Source: Planctomycetia bacterium
Lineage (GTDB): Bacteria > Planctomycetota > Planctomycetia > Pirellulales > PNKZ01
NCBI GenBank assembly: GCA_021413845.1
Contig: JAIOPP010000021.1
Span: forward strand, 75,975-139,974
DNA length: 64,000 nucleotides
Direction of reading: 5' to 3'
Shown here: in pieces, positions 31,201-41,151 of the stretch
Layout of the letters: every line of letters starts with the position of its first letter
How positions within the stretch are numbered: the stretch's first letter is position 1
The notes under the pieces: model-generated
What the model saw: only the letters and a program-made list of their open reading frames with translations
Database searches by the model: none
What the model was told of the DNA's origin: nothing
Program-made: the position numbers and the translations under genes

Positions 31201-33160
31201 TTTGCGCATCAAGCTCTCCGGACGCTTGGTTCAGACCGACGCCTTGCTCGAAGCCGAGAACTTGTTGCGGGCCGTCGTGAAGTCGACCGATGCCGCGCTG
31301 GCCCGCGAAGCGACCGCGCGGCTCGCGCGCTTGCTCGTCGAAAAAGGACGACGGGACGATGCCTCGGTCTACCTCGAACGCTTGACCGGCCCCTGGGCTA
31401 CCGAGATTTGTCTGGAAGAGAAGAACGGCCGCGACTTCGTCGCCGCGCTGCTCGGCGCCGATGCCGGAAAAGCGACCACCGCGCACGACTGGCCGAACGG
31501 CAAGGTCGACGTTTCCGAAGTTCGCGCGCAAACGGGGGTTTCGTTCCGCACGTTCCCCCTGGAGTTCCGCGGCGAGCGGGGGCCGTATTTCGGCCGCTCG
31601 GTGATCGAGATGGATCAGCCGCAACAGGCCCTCGTCGGACATGATGAATACGGCATCGAGCGGTGGCGCGTCTCGCTGAGCGAGCCGAGCCGGCGTGGGA
31701 TCAATCAGGTCAACCCGATGGTGAGCCACATTCGGGCCGACGGCCATCTGATCGTCGTCTCCGTGGGGCATGAACTCATCGCGATCGACACGCTCGGCAC
31801 CGGCGGGCGCGGCACCAGCAAAGTGCTCTGGCGGCAAGACCTGACGGAAACGCTGCCGGGCATGGGAAACAACTTCATTCAACAAGTCCATCTGCGCAAC
31901 GTGCAGATGAACTGGGGCGTGCAACGCTTCTTCGCACAAACTCCCGACGGCAACCCGATCGGCATGTCGGGCCCGGCGACGTTGCGCTACGTTTCGTTCT
32001 TGCGACGCAAGGCGCTGCACGTGGTCGACCCCTTGACCGGCAAGACGCTCTGGATCCGGCACGATATCGACCCGGCTGCCGAGATTTTCGGCGACGAAGA
32101 GTTCCTGTTCGTTTCGCCCCCCAACAGCGACCAAACGCTCGTGCTGCGCGCGTCGGACGGCGAGCAAGTGAAGATCGTGTCGCTGCCGAAGGTCGAAGAA
32201 CGGGTCGCTGCGTACGGTCGGAAGTTGTTGAGTTGGAGGCTCGAAGCCGGCAAGCCGCAGTTGGCGCTGCGCGACATGTTCACCGAAGAGACGCTCTGGA
32301 AGCATCAATACACCGTCGGTGCGAAGCTCTGGCCGCTCGGCACCGACGAAGTCGGCGTGATGGATCGCAAAGGGGCGTTTCAGATCGTGGCGACGAACGA
32401 CGGTTCGCATCGCCTGCAAGCGACGGTTCCGGCGGAACAAAACCTTTCCGAGATCTACGTCTTCCGCGCTCCCGGCAGCTATTTGCTGCTCACGAACGGC
32501 CCGCATCGCCAGCGCGACGGCGTGAACATCCAAGCCGTGCCGGGCGGGTTCAACAATCCGCTTATCAACGGCAACCTCTACGGCTTCGACCGGAAAACGC
32601 AAAAGCAACTCTATCAAACGCGCATCGAGGCCTACGGCTTAACCCTGCATCAGCCGGAAGGAATTCCGATGATGGTCTTCGCGTCGCAGATTTACGAGAA
32701 CCCGCGCAACGGTCAAGTTCGTCCGCCGCAAGCGGTGATGCTCTGCATCGACAAGCGAACCGGTCGCGTGCTCTACGACAAACGCCTCACCGCGCCGATC
32801 AACATGATCGATCTCGTCGGCGAGCCGGAGAAGAACGCCGTCGTGTTGAAGACGATGCGCAACACGATGCGGTTCACGTTCAGCGAAGAGCCGTGGTCCG
32901 ATCCGATCACGCAACCGGATCCGAGCTATAAGGGAATCGGAGCCAAACCGGAGCCCGGGCCGGCAAACGTCGGCAAGGCGCTCGGCGAATCGGCCGAAGG
33001 GCTCGGCAAAGTGCTGCGCGATGCCCAGAAGGAACTCGACAAGCTGCCGAAAGCAACGGGCACGGCAAACAACGCCAAGCCGGCAGGCAATGTGAAACCG
33101 GCGGACGGGCCGAAGCCATCCGGCTCCGGTACCGCCCCGATACCGGCGAAAAAGGAATAA
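28235..33160 (+). CDS. Giant secreted PQQ-like (BamB-type) beta-propeller / TPR-like repeat protein
   Basis: 1641 aa. RBS GGAGGG before ATG 28235, signal peptide, and a Pro/Glu/Lys low-complexity linker. Multiple propeller-blade-like segments (LTAVDFRTGKRIWH, AAYELASEGKLVWE, IVAVDVNDRSLLWG, VVAYDLADGKQKWS, LHVVDPLTGKTLW), helical repeat blocks and a Lys/Pro-rich C-terminus. Confidence 0.8.
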   Translation: MKTKHRSNIRHARSSLIAGAALLLFGLNFSLNANSVLSPNTATGQETTPKKAAEAPAAEKPAEKPTEKPTEKKPEAPAPAKPAVAAPAQMQIQVQGGAGGVIIQGNVQVKGNVQINGGKVVVNGNAFAVNADGTTTPEDTVFRDPPRPLLQRFKRSETLIEEKRYAEAVEELGEILEEPEDYSYNFDNEGSTRRSLKGEALRRIGALPDEGRAAYELQYGAKAKQLLEKAIQTGDERGLAEVSRRYFHTTAGYQATYLLGMHHLDHDRPLAAALSLRRLKDVANVATQYEPELSLKLATSWARAGAAFNATSVLTAAKQNFPSAEFAVAGESRRWFGRLEQPMDWLAKSTLAAIPSAIDATARIAQWAVYRGDAARNAAGTGGSPLLNRRWAVPFANHPDIEKLIESLRKSHNERDLALLPATHPLAVDDVVLMRSLTGLTAVDFRTGKRIWHGAGDEYAEGLLANNSLSANRQDQQPSPLAMLVDERLWRDAAYGIFSSDSSRAYCVEDQSNQQQDAQVQRMVIQAGGRRISGMGNIPSSNRLAAYELASEGKLVWEIGGPYGMQDPNLADTFFLGAPLPLGDRLYVLAETKGEIRLIVLHAATGKFDWAQQLAVANEAADMNLRRTCGLSPSYSDGVLICPTALGAIVAVDVNDRSLLWGFQYPRAGISTRNQVFMAWQMNGRSTPTDNTDGSAIVVATSAVVAYDLADGKQKWSASLPEAAKPSGRGFFNGKLLFLPLSSAEVASLDIEAGLFTARSKSRSANVPGNLICYRGAVISQGTGGLECFFQLEDLRKEVKDKLAATPEDPAALTSSGELLLDEGKVAEAIDVLRSAYRKKEDPRTRDLFLDALLEGLASGLAANTANLADLEALAIGSGKEEAYYRQRALAHEKAGDKLKALEQYLRLVDGAKLSDDTLRTSANLISISRPRWIRARLDAFASSKDDPALVTALQQEIERRRTAALASDDVAQMRRFLDYFGDHAAADALRIKLSGRLVQTDALLEAENLLRAVVKSTDAALAREATARLARLLVEKGRRDDASVYLERLTGPWATEICLEEKNGRDFVAALLGADAGKATTAHDWPNGKVDVSEVRAQTGVSFRTFPLEFRGERGPYFGRSVIEMDQPQQALVGHDEYGIERWRVSLSEPSRRGINQVNPMVSHIRADGHLIVVSVGHELIAIDTLGTGGRGTSKVLWRQDLTETLPGMGNNFIQQVHLRNVQMNWGVQRFFAQTPDGNPIGMSGPATLRYVSFLRRKALHVVDPLTGKTLWIRHDIDPAAEIFGDEEFLFVSPPNSDQTLVLRASDGEQVKIVSLPKVEERVAAYGRKLLSWRLEAGKPQLALRDMFTEETLWKHQYTVGAKLWPLGTDEVGVMDRKGAFQIVATNDGSHRLQATVPAEQNLSEIYVFRAPGSYLLLTNGPHRQRDGVNIQAVPGGFNNPLINGNLYGFDRKTQKQLYQTRIEAYGLTLHQPEGIPMMVFASQIYENPRNGQVRPPQAVMLCIDKRTGRVLYDKRLTAPINMIDLVGEPEKNAVVLKTMRNTMRFTFSEEPWSDPITQPDPSYKGIGAKPEPGPANVGKALGESAEGLGKVLRDAQKELDKLPKATGTANNAKPAGNVKPADGPKPSGSGTAPIPAKKE

Positions 33161-33161
33161 C

Positions 33162-34202
33162 ATGAACTCACGGATGCTGAAATCGTTCGTCGTGATCGTT
33201 GCGATCGGGGGCTTGGCGCCGGCGGCTTCGCCATGCCGAGCCGCCGCAGGACCCGAGCGCGAGAAATGGGAACGGGTCGTCGAGAAAGGTCTCGATTGGC
33301 TCGCCGCACGGCAGTCGACGCAAGGGCATTGGACCGCGAACGACGGCCACTACCCGACGGCGATGACGGCGCTTGCCGGCATGGCATTCCTCTGCGAAGG
33401 CTCTACCACGACGCAAGGCAAGCACGCGAAGAACGTCCGCGCCGCGGTCGACTACTTGATCAGTCGCAGCCGGAAGAACGGGCTCATCGGCGATCCCGCA
33501 GGGGACGATCGCTACACCTACGGCCACGGCTACTCGATGATGTTTCTCTCGCAGGTGCTCGGCGAAGAGGAAGACCTCGAACGTCGGCAAGAGTTGATGG
33601 ACGTGCTGGTGAAAGCCGTGCAGTTCACCGGCGAGGCCCAAACCCAAGCCGGCGGCTGGGGCTACGTGAGCGCGAAAGACGGCAGCAACTTCGACGAAGG
33701 CTCGACCACGATCACGCAAGTGCAAGGGCTTCGGGGCTGCCGCAACGCGGGGGTGCCCGTGCCGGATAAGATCATCGACAAAGCGGTGGAATACATTCGC
33801 AAATGCACCCTGCCGGATGGTGGAGTGCAATACAGCTCGCAAGGAGGCGGCGGACGTCCGGCGATCACCGCGGCGGCCATCGCGTGCTTGTTCAACGCCG
33901 GCGAATACGACAGCGGATACGTGCCGAAGCTGCTCGACTACTGTAAGAAGAACCTCAGCAATATCCAAAACGAAGGCTTCGGGCATTGGCATTACGCCCA
34001 TTACTACTACTCGCAGGTTTGCTACCGCGAGGGGGACGAAATGTGGAAGGCCTATCGCGAGAAGATCTTCGCCCGTTTGATTTCCGAAGCCGGCGCCGAC
34101 GGCTCGTGGAGCCAAGGATACATCGGCACCGTCTATACCACGGCCGTGAATCTGACTATTCTGCAGCTAGAGCTGAACGCCTTGCCGATCTACCAACGCT
34201 AA
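33162..34202 (+). CDS. Secreted prenyltransferase/squalene-oxidase-repeat (terpenoid-cyclase-fold) protein
   Basis: 346 aa, starting 2 nt after the upstream stop. Signal peptide. Repeated QxxxGxW-like motifs (QSTQGHWT, QAGGWGY, ADGSWSQ). Confidence 0.7.
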   Translation: MNSRMLKSFVVIVAIGGLAPAASPCRAAAGPEREKWERVVEKGLDWLAARQSTQGHWTANDGHYPTAMTALAGMAFLCEGSTTTQGKHAKNVRAAVDYLISRSRKNGLIGDPAGDDRYTYGHGYSMMFLSQVLGEEEDLERRQELMDVLVKAVQFTGEAQTQAGGWGYVSAKDGSNFDEGSTTITQVQGLRGCRNAGVPVPDKIIDKAVEYIRKCTLPDGGVQYSSQGGGGRPAITAAAIACLFNAGEYDSGYVPKLLDYCKKNLSNIQNEGFGHWHYAHYYYSQVCYREGDEMWKAYREKIFARLISEAGADGSWSQGYIGTVYTTAVNLTILQLELNALPIYQR

Positions 34203-34294
34203 GCGTTCGCGCCCCTCGATCCATTAAGCTTTCCCGCCTCGCGCTACGACCACCTCGAACTTACCCGCCTAATCTTCCGAAAGGATCGAAATAG

Positions 34295-35365
34295 ATGAGC
34301 CAGGAGCCTGACGAAGGCGCACTTGAACTCACCGCCGAAGCCTCGGCCGCGGTCGCCAAACTAGGCGCCGCTCGCAGCCGGATCATGGAACAACTCTCCA
34401 CCGTGATCGTCGGTCAGACCAACGTCATCGAAGAATTGCTGATCTCGATCTTCAGCCGAGGCCACTGCTTGCTCGAAGGAGTGCCGGGCCTCGCTAAGAC
34501 CTTGATGGTCAGCACCCTCGCGCAAACGATGAACCTCTCGTTCAGCCGCATTCAGTTCACCCCGGACCTGATGCCGGCCGACATCACCGGCACGGAAATC
34601 CTCGATCAAAACGACGGCGGCAAGCGCGACTTCCGCTTCCTCGAAGGTCCGCTGTTCGCCAACATCGTGCTCGCCGACGAAATCAACCGTACGCCGCCGA
34701 AGACGCAAGCCGCGTTGCTCGAATCGATGCAAGAGCGCCAAGTGACGGTCGGTCGCGTGCGCCATAAGCTGCCCGACCCGTTCTTCGTCTTGGCGACGCA
34801 AAACCCCATCGAGCAAGACGGCACCTATCCGCTGCCGGAAGCGCAACAAGACCGCTTCATGCTCAAGGTCTATGTCGAGTATCCGTCGTTTCAAGAAGAG
34901 TTCGAGATCGCGAAGCGCACGACCGGCGCCGCGTCGAGCCCCGTGCAGGCCGTCCTCTCGGGCGAAGAGATCATTCTCTTACAGCAGTTGGTGCGCGAGG
35001 TGCCGATCTCCGATCACTTGGTGCGTTACTGCCTCGCGCTGATTCGCCAAACCCGCCCGCACGAACCGGAAACGCCGAGCTTCATCCGCGACCAAGTCTC
35101 TTGGGGCGCCGGACCGCGAGCCGTGCAGAACTTGATCCTCGGCGCGAAGGCCCGGGCCTTGCTCTACGGCCGAACGCACGTGACCGAAACCGATCTCCAG
35201 GCTCTCGCCAAGCCGGTGTTGAGGCATCGCTTGGTCGTCAACTTCGCCGCCGAAAGCGAAGGGGTGACGTCCGACAAGGTGGTCGAACGGCTGCTCGAAA
35301 ACACTCCCTCCAAAGAAGATGAGCTGACACGCGATGTCCGATTCCAAAAGATTTTTGCATCCTGA
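34295..35365 (+). CDS. MoxR-family AAA+ ATPase
   Basis: 356 aa. Walker [10 protein letters not shown] and Walker B/sensor [32 protein letters not shown] is typical of MoxR. Confidence 0.92.
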   Translation: MSQEPDEGALELTAEASAAVAKLGAARSRIMEQLSTVIVGQTNVIEELLISIFSRGHCLLEGVPGLAKTLMVSTLAQTMNLSFSRIQFTPDLMPADITGTEILDQNDGGKRDFRFLEGPLFANIVLADEINRTPPKTQAALLESMQERQVTVGRVRHKLPDPFFVLATQNPIEQDGTYPLPEAQQDRFMLKVYVEYPSFQEEFEIAKRTTGAASSPVQAVLSGEEIILLQQLVREVPISDHLVRYCLALIRQTRPHEPETPSFIRDQVSWGAGPRAVQNLILGAKARALLYGRTHVTETDLQALAKPVLRHRLVVNFAAESEGVTSDKVVERLLENTPSKEDELTRDVRFQKIFAS

Positions 35366-36236
35366 GGCGATCCAGCGCATCGGGCGCATGGATCTTCGGG
35401 CTCGGCATATCGTCGAAGGGTTTCTCTCGGGCGAGCATCGGAGTCCGTACTTCGGGCAATCGATCGAGTTCGTGCAGCACCGCGAATACGTCGCCGGCGA
35501 CGATCTGCGCCGCGTCGATTGGAAGGTCTGGGCCAAGCAAGATAAGTATTACATCAAGCAATACGAGGAAGAGACGAACCTGCGCGCCACGCTCGTCGTC
35601 GACGTCTCGGCCGGCATGCAATACGGCTCGGGACCGCTCAATAAATACGAATATGCCTCGACGATCGCCGCAAGCCTCGCGTACTTGCTACTCCGCCGGC
35701 AAGACGCGGTCGGCTGCATTTCGTTCGATGAAAAGGTGCGGCGCACCGTGCCGATCAAGAGCCGCATGAACCATCTGCAATCGGTGATCGGCGCACTCGA
35801 CGCCAGCGCGCCGCGCGACAAGACGGATCTGTTCGGCATCCTGAATCATGTCGCCAACGAAGTGCCGCGCCGAGGCATGGTCGCGATCATCAGCGACTTG
35901 TTCGCCGATCGCGCGGGGCTCATCAAAGGCCTTCGCTTGCTTCGTCGCCGGGGGCACGACGTCATGGTCTTTCACGTGATGGACGACGACGAGCTCGATT
36001 TCAACTTCGACGGCGCAACCCGCTTCGAGGGGCTGGAGACCATCGACCAGCTCAACTGCAATCCCCGCGCGCTGCGCGAAGGCTACATGGAAGCGATGCA
36101 CGGGTTTCTCGATGAAGTTCGCCGCGGCTGCTCCCAAAACGCCTGCGACTACGCCCTGATCCGCACCAGCCAACCGCTCGACGCCGCGCTTGCCGCCTAC
36201 CTCAGCAGCCGCCTCGGCATGCACCACCGTAACTAA
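35334..36236 (+). CDS. DUF58-domain protein (MoxR-associated, vWA-like)
   Basis: 300 aa, overlapping moxR by 32 nt. [22 protein letters not shown] is the DUF58 signature. Degenerate MIDAS-like VVDVSAGM. Confidence 0.88.
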   Translation: MSDSKRFLHPEAIQRIGRMDLRARHIVEGFLSGEHRSPYFGQSIEFVQHREYVAGDDLRRVDWKVWAKQDKYYIKQYEEETNLRATLVVDVSAGMQYGSGPLNKYEYASTIAASLAYLLLRRQDAVGCISFDEKVRRTVPIKSRMNHLQSVIGALDASAPRDKTDLFGILNHVANEVPRRGMVAIISDLFADRAGLIKGLRLLRRRGHDVMVFHVMDDDELDFNFDGATRFEGLETIDQLNCNPRALREGYMEAMHGFLDEVRRGCSQNACDYALIRTSQPLDAALAAYLSSRLGMHHRN

Positions 36237-36305
36237 ACGAAACGCCCGTTCGCCACTCGATCTTTCCGCCACGCTCCGCTCTCTCGCCGCCGAACTCCTT
36301 TCTTC

Positions 36306-38555
36306 ATGCCGACTTTTTTGAATCAACCGCTGCTCTGGGGCCTCGGCATCGTCGCCGCCCCGGTGATCATCCACATGATCAACATGCTGCGGCACAAGCG
36401 CGTGAAATGGGCGGCGATGGAATTCCTCCTCGCGAGCCAACGGAAGCACAGCACTTGGATTCGGTTGAAGGAACTCCTTCTGCTGCTGTTGCGCATGGCG
36501 GCGGTAGCGGCCGTGGTAATGATCGTCGCTCGGCCCCGGCTCGACGGCTCCGTCGGCAAGCGACTCGGCGACGTCACGACGCACCACATCGTGCTGCTCG
36601 ACGACAGCTTCTCGATGAGCGACCGCTTCGCCGAGCGCAACGTGTTCGACGAAGCGAAGGCCGCCGTAGAGCGGATCGCTTCGACGGCCTTAGAAGAATC
36701 GTCGGCGCAGACGTTTACGCTGCTCCGCGCGTCGCGCGCCTCGGCAGCCGGCCCGAAGCCGGACATTCTCGAAGAGCTCGTCAACTCCGACTTCGTCTTC
36801 AAAGATCGCCCCGATCGGAAGCTGAATCGCGTGCTCGAGCCGCTCGCGCCGTCCGATTCGGCGGTCGGCCCGGAAGCGTGCCTGAAGGCGTTGTCGTCGT
36901 TGTTGAAATCGAAGGAGTCGGAAGAGCGCGTGATCTACATCGTCTCCGATTTCCGCGCGAAGGATTGGCGCGACATTTCCGACCTCCGCACGCTGCTCGG
37001 AGCGCAGGAAAAGAAATCGGCGCAGATCTACTTCATCCGCTGCGCCGATGCCGATCGTCCGAACCTCGCCGTCGCCTCGCTGCAACCGCAGTCGGGCACG
37101 GTCGCCGCGGGAATTCATTTCTACATGCAAGTCGAGGTGACGAACTTCGGCACGACGACGGCCGAGAAGACCGCGGTCGAGATTCGTTCCGACGGCGCCT
37201 CGGGAGGCGTCGTGTTCCTCGAAGCGATTCCGCCCGGCAAGACCGTGCGAGGGACCTTTCCGGTGTACTTCTCCGATCCGGGCGAGCACCTTGTTTCGGT
37301 CAGTCTCGAGGCCGACGCCGTCGATGCCGACAATCGCCGTTACGCGGCGCTGCACCTTCCGGCCGAGATGCCGGTGCTGCTGATCGACGGCGAAGCGGAA
37401 TCGCCCGATGCCGCGGCGATCGCTTGGGCGCTCGCGCCCCCGGGCCCGGTGCGCAGCGGCATCGCGCCTCGTCGGCAAGCCCCCGCCTACTTGAACGACG
37501 CCGAGAAGAACCCGCTCGGCGGATTCCGCTCGATCTACCTCGTGAACGTGCCGAAGCTCGATGCCGCAGCGGTGCGCAACTTGGAAGCCTACGTTCGCGC
37601 GGGAGGAGGCCTAGCGTTCGTCGTCGGCGATCGTGCCTCGGCGCAGTTCTATAACGAAAGCCTGTATCGCGACGGCGAAGGCCTGTTCCCCGCTCCGCTC
37701 GATTCCGAGAAGCCGCTGTTCCGCGATCGCGAAGCGAAGGCTTCCGACGTCGCGGCGAGCACCCATCCGATCTTCAAGCATTTCGCCGACGAGCAGAACA
37801 GCCGGCTCTATCAGTGGACGGTCGACAAATACTTCGGCGTCCGCGATGATTGGACTCCGGAGGTCGCCGCGAAGTCGCTGGCCTCGGTGATCGTGAAGCT
37901 GCGCAACGGCGCGCCGCTGGCCGTCGAAAAGCCGTTCGGCAAAGGGCGCGTCGTCGCCTTGCTGACGAAGCCGAGCCGGCCGTGGAGCGATTGGATGTAC
38001 GATAATCCGAGCTTCATCGTCGCGATGCTCGAGTTGCAGTCTTACATTTCGTCGCGCGAACACGCCGGCGATGAAAGTCTCGTCGGCACGCCGATCGCCT
38101 GGACTCTCGACCCGAAATCGTATGATCCGGAAGTGCGCTTCCTCGCTCCCGGCGCTTCGGAAAGCACGGCCGTCGTCGTGCAAGCCGCGATCGCACCCCA
38201 AGGCCTCAAGGTGGAATTCGCCGATACGAGCACGGCCGGCTTTTATCGAACCGAACTTACGAAAACCGATCGGACCAGCGAACTTCGCCACTCGGCCCGC
38301 AACGTCGACTCCGACGAAGGGGAGCTACGCCGCATCGACGACGACACGCTGCGCGAGCAACTCGCCGGCATTAAGGTCAACTTCCGTCGGGCCGATCGAA
38401 TCCAACTGTCGGAAAGCGAGAATTCGTCGTCGAACATGAGCACGGCGATTCTCTATGCCCTGGCGATCTTGCTGATCGGGGAACAAGCGCTCGCGTATTC
38501 GGCTGCGTACCATCCGTCGACCGCGAGCATCGTGCGCAAGGGAGCGGTCGCATGA
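36306..38555 (+). CDS. BatA-N-domain membrane protein with vWA-like MIDAS motif
   Basis: 749 aa. N-terminus FLNQPLLWGLGIVAAPVIIHMI matches the aerotolerance-regulator BatA N-terminal TM domain. LLDDSFSMS fits D-x-S-x-S. C-terminal TM. Confidence 0.8.
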   Translation: MPTFLNQPLLWGLGIVAAPVIIHMINMLRHKRVKWAAMEFLLASQRKHSTWIRLKELLLLLLRMAAVAAVVMIVARPRLDGSVGKRLGDVTTHHIVLLDDSFSMSDRFAERNVFDEAKAAVERIASTALEESSAQTFTLLRASRASAAGPKPDILEELVNSDFVFKDRPDRKLNRVLEPLAPSDSAVGPEACLKALSSLLKSKESEERVIYIVSDFRAKDWRDISDLRTLLGAQEKKSAQIYFIRCADADRPNLAVASLQPQSGTVAAGIHFYMQVEVTNFGTTTAEKTAVEIRSDGASGGVVFLEAIPPGKTVRGTFPVYFSDPGEHLVSVSLEADAVDADNRRYAALHLPAEMPVLLIDGEAESPDAAAIAWALAPPGPVRSGIAPRRQAPAYLNDAEKNPLGGFRSIYLVNVPKLDAAAVRNLEAYVRAGGGLAFVVGDRASAQFYNESLYRDGEGLFPAPLDSEKPLFRDREAKASDVAASTHPIFKHFADEQNSRLYQWTVDKYFGVRDDWTPEVAAKSLASVIVKLRNGAPLAVEKPFGKGRVVALLTKPSRPWSDWMYDNPSFIVAMLELQSYISSREHAGDESLVGTPIAWTLDPKSYDPEVRFLAPGASESTAVVVQAAIAPQGLKVEFADTSTAGFYRTELTKTDRTSELRHSARNVDSDEGELRRIDDDTLREQLAGIKVNFRRADRIQLSESENSSSNMSTAILYALAILLIGEQALAYSAAYHPSTASIVRKGAVA

Positions 38556-41011
38556 ACGCTCTCACCCTGCTAGCCGCCGATTCCGTCGTCCGAACGACCT
38601 TTCAATGGGGTCGCATTCGGGCACCCGAAGATTGGCTGTTGCCGATCGCCGTGACGGCTTTGTTGCTCGGGTATGTGTGGTGGATGTATCGTCGCGACAC
38701 GCGGGCCTTGCATCCGGCGCTTTCCCTCTTTCTGGTGCTGTTGCGAACGCTGACGTTCATCGGCTTGTTGGCCGTGTGGTTGCAACCGCAATGGCGCAAC
38801 GAGGAAGACGTCGTGACTCCGTCGCGCGTGGTGGTGCTCGTCGACTCGAGCCTGAGCATGGCGGAAGCCGCTCGCGATGCCGCTCCCGGCGCTGCCTCGG
38901 CACCCGCCGTTGCGGCCTCCGAATCGGCGGGCATCGCTCCCGGCTCGCGCTCGGCCGAGGCCTTGCGACTGTTGAAGTCGCCGCTGCTCGACGAGATCGC
39001 CCCACGCGGAGCCGAAACGAGGCTCGGCGAAGCGCTGGCTCAGACGTTGTTCGATCAACGGGCCGCGCCGCTTTCCGGCATCGTGCTCCTTTCCGACGGC
39101 GGGCAAAACACGGGGGTCGAACCGCTCGACGCCCTCACGCGAGCCCGCCTCGATCACTTGCCCGTCCCGCCGATCGAAGCGGTCGGGCTCGGGTCTTCGG
39201 AAGAGTTGAAGAACGTCCGGATTCAAGACGTCGCCGCGCCGGCCCGCACGTATCCGAACGACGAGTTCGGCGTGAAGGCTTATCTCCAGGCTCAAGGGAT
39301 GGCCGGCCGCACGGTGACGGTCGAGCTCACTTGGCGCGAAGCGACGGCGGGAAAGCCGGATGCCAATGCCGCTCCGAAGCCGCCGCTGGCGCAGCTGACG
39401 AAGCAAGTGGCGCTGCCGGCCGACGGCAAGCCGATCGGGGTCGACTTTACGCTCAAGCCGACGCAACTCGGCCGGACGACGGTGCAAGTAAGCATCAAGA
39501 ACCCGCCGGCCGACGATCACAACAAGTTCGACAACGTGCTCGATGCCGACGTCGAAATCAGCGAGCGGCGCAATAAGATTTTGCTGTTCGCTTCCGCGGC
39601 GACGCGCGAGTACCAGTTCCTTCGCAACCAGTTGCAACGTATTCTGCGGAGCGACGGCTCGAAGGACAAAGAGTTCATCGTCGACATCTATCTGCAAACC
39701 GGCAGCGAAGGGATCTCGCAAGATTCGAGCGAGATCTTACCCGACTTCCCGGAAACCGGTGCCGCGCTGTTCGACTACGATTGCATCATCGCCTTCGATC
39801 CCGATTGGCGTCGGCTGACGCCGGCGCAGAGCGCGCTGCTGAAGGAATGGGTCGCCGATAAGGCCGGCGGCTTGATTCTCGTCGCCGGCAGAATCTTTAC
39901 CGACATCACGGCGCGCGACCCTGCCCTGTCGACGATCCGGAGCCTGTACCCGGTCGAGTTCGGGCGCATCTTCGCGTCGGCCGGCGACCAGCTCAACGGC
40001 ACGTCGGAACCTTGGCAACTCGCCTTCACGCCCGAAGGCCGCAAGAGCGAATTCCTCCGCCTTGCCGATACGGAAGCGGCCGGTCTCGACGCTTGGGAAA
40101 GTTTCCCCGGCTTCTACGATTGCTATCCCGCGAAGAGCATCAAGGAGAAGTCCGTAGTGCTGGCCGGCTTGCAAGATCCTCGCGCGCCGGCCGGCGGCAA
40201 GCCCAATGCGAAGTTCGCCGACGACGGCCGGCCTTACTTCCTCGTCGAGCATGCGGTCGGTGCCGGCCGTGTGCTCTACGTCGGCAGCGGCGAGTTCTGG
40301 CGGTTGCGCACCGTCAACTCCGGCTACTTCACCCGGCTCTACACGCAGTTCGTCCGGCATGTGGCGCAGGCCCGATTGTTGCGCGGCTCGAAGCGGGGCG
40401 TGCTGATGGTCGACCACGACAACGGACGCTACGTGCTCAACGACATCGTCGAAGTTCGGGCCCAACTGATGGACGCGCAGGCCAAGCCGCTCAAAGCGAC
40501 CGACGTGCCGCTCGAGGTCTCGGCGCCGGATCGCACGTCGTTCACCGTAAAGCTGCAGGCCGACCCAGCCCTCCCCGGCAACTTTCGCGGCTTGTTCCCC
40601 GTTCGCCTGACCGGCCCTTACCGGCTCGACCTCGTGCTGCCGGACGGCGACCGCGACCTTCTGACCCGCCGGCTGCAAGTGCGCGTTCCCAATAAGGAAA
40701 GCGACGACGTGCGCCTGAACGCCGTCTTACTGCGTCGTTTGGCCGAAGCGACCGGCGGGGCCTACTATGAAGGGGTCGACGGTGCATTGGCCGGCATCGG
40801 CTCCGCCGCAACGCCTGCTGCGGGTACGCCGGCCGCGGGTGCGGCAATCGCCCCCCCGACGTCGCTCGTCTCCCGGTTGCTCGACAAGACCCGGATTACG
40901 CCTCGCTTGGCCCGGCCCGTGTCCCTGTGGGACAACCAATGGACGATGATCGTGCTTTGCTCGCTCATGTGCCTCGAATGGCTTATCCGCCGCTTGGTAA
41001 AACTGGCATAA
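38552..41011 (+). CDS. Membrane protein with vWA-like MIDAS motif (Bat-cluster component)
   Basis: 819 aa, with an ATGA overlap with the upstream gene. Two N-terminal TM helices, VLVDSSLSM (D-x-S-x-S) and a C-terminal TM. Confidence 0.7.
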   Translation: MNALTLLAADSVVRTTFQWGRIRAPEDWLLPIAVTALLLGYVWWMYRRDTRALHPALSLFLVLLRTLTFIGLLAVWLQPQWRNEEDVVTPSRVVVLVDSSLSMAEAARDAAPGAASAPAVAASESAGIAPGSRSAEALRLLKSPLLDEIAPRGAETRLGEALAQTLFDQRAAPLSGIVLLSDGGQNTGVEPLDALTRARLDHLPVPPIEAVGLGSSEELKNVRIQDVAAPARTYPNDEFGVKAYLQAQGMAGRTVTVELTWREATAGKPDANAAPKPPLAQLTKQVALPADGKPIGVDFTLKPTQLGRTTVQVSIKNPPADDHNKFDNVLDADVEISERRNKILLFASAATREYQFLRNQLQRILRSDGSKDKEFIVDIYLQTGSEGISQDSSEILPDFPETGAALFDYDCIIAFDPDWRRLTPAQSALLKEWVADKAGGLILVAGRIFTDITARDPALSTIRSLYPVEFGRIFASAGDQLNGTSEPWQLAFTPEGRKSEFLRLADTEAAGLDAWESFPGFYDCYPAKSIKEKSVVLAGLQDPRAPAGGKPNAKFADDGRPYFLVEHAVGAGRVLYVGSGEFWRLRTVNSGYFTRLYTQFVRHVAQARLLRGSKRGVLMVDHDNGRYVLNDIVEVRAQLMDAQAKPLKATDVPLEVSAPDRTSFTVKLQADPALPGNFRGLFPVRLTGPYRLDLVLPDGDRDLLTRRLQVRVPNKESDDVRLNAVLLRRLAEATGGAYYEGVDGALAGIGSAATPAAGTPAAGAAIAPPTSLVSRLLDKTRITPRLARPVSLWDNQWTMIVLCSLMCLEWLIRRLVKLA

Positions 41012-41151
41012 TCGGCTTATCCCCCGAACTTAACCCACGCCGGAACTAGAAACGAACCTGCTACGAACCGACCCCGAATCTCCCCTGAAACCGCCGGCTT
41101 CGAAATTACCAGCCGACCGCTTCGTGCGTGTCGGGTAGACTGAAGAGAGCC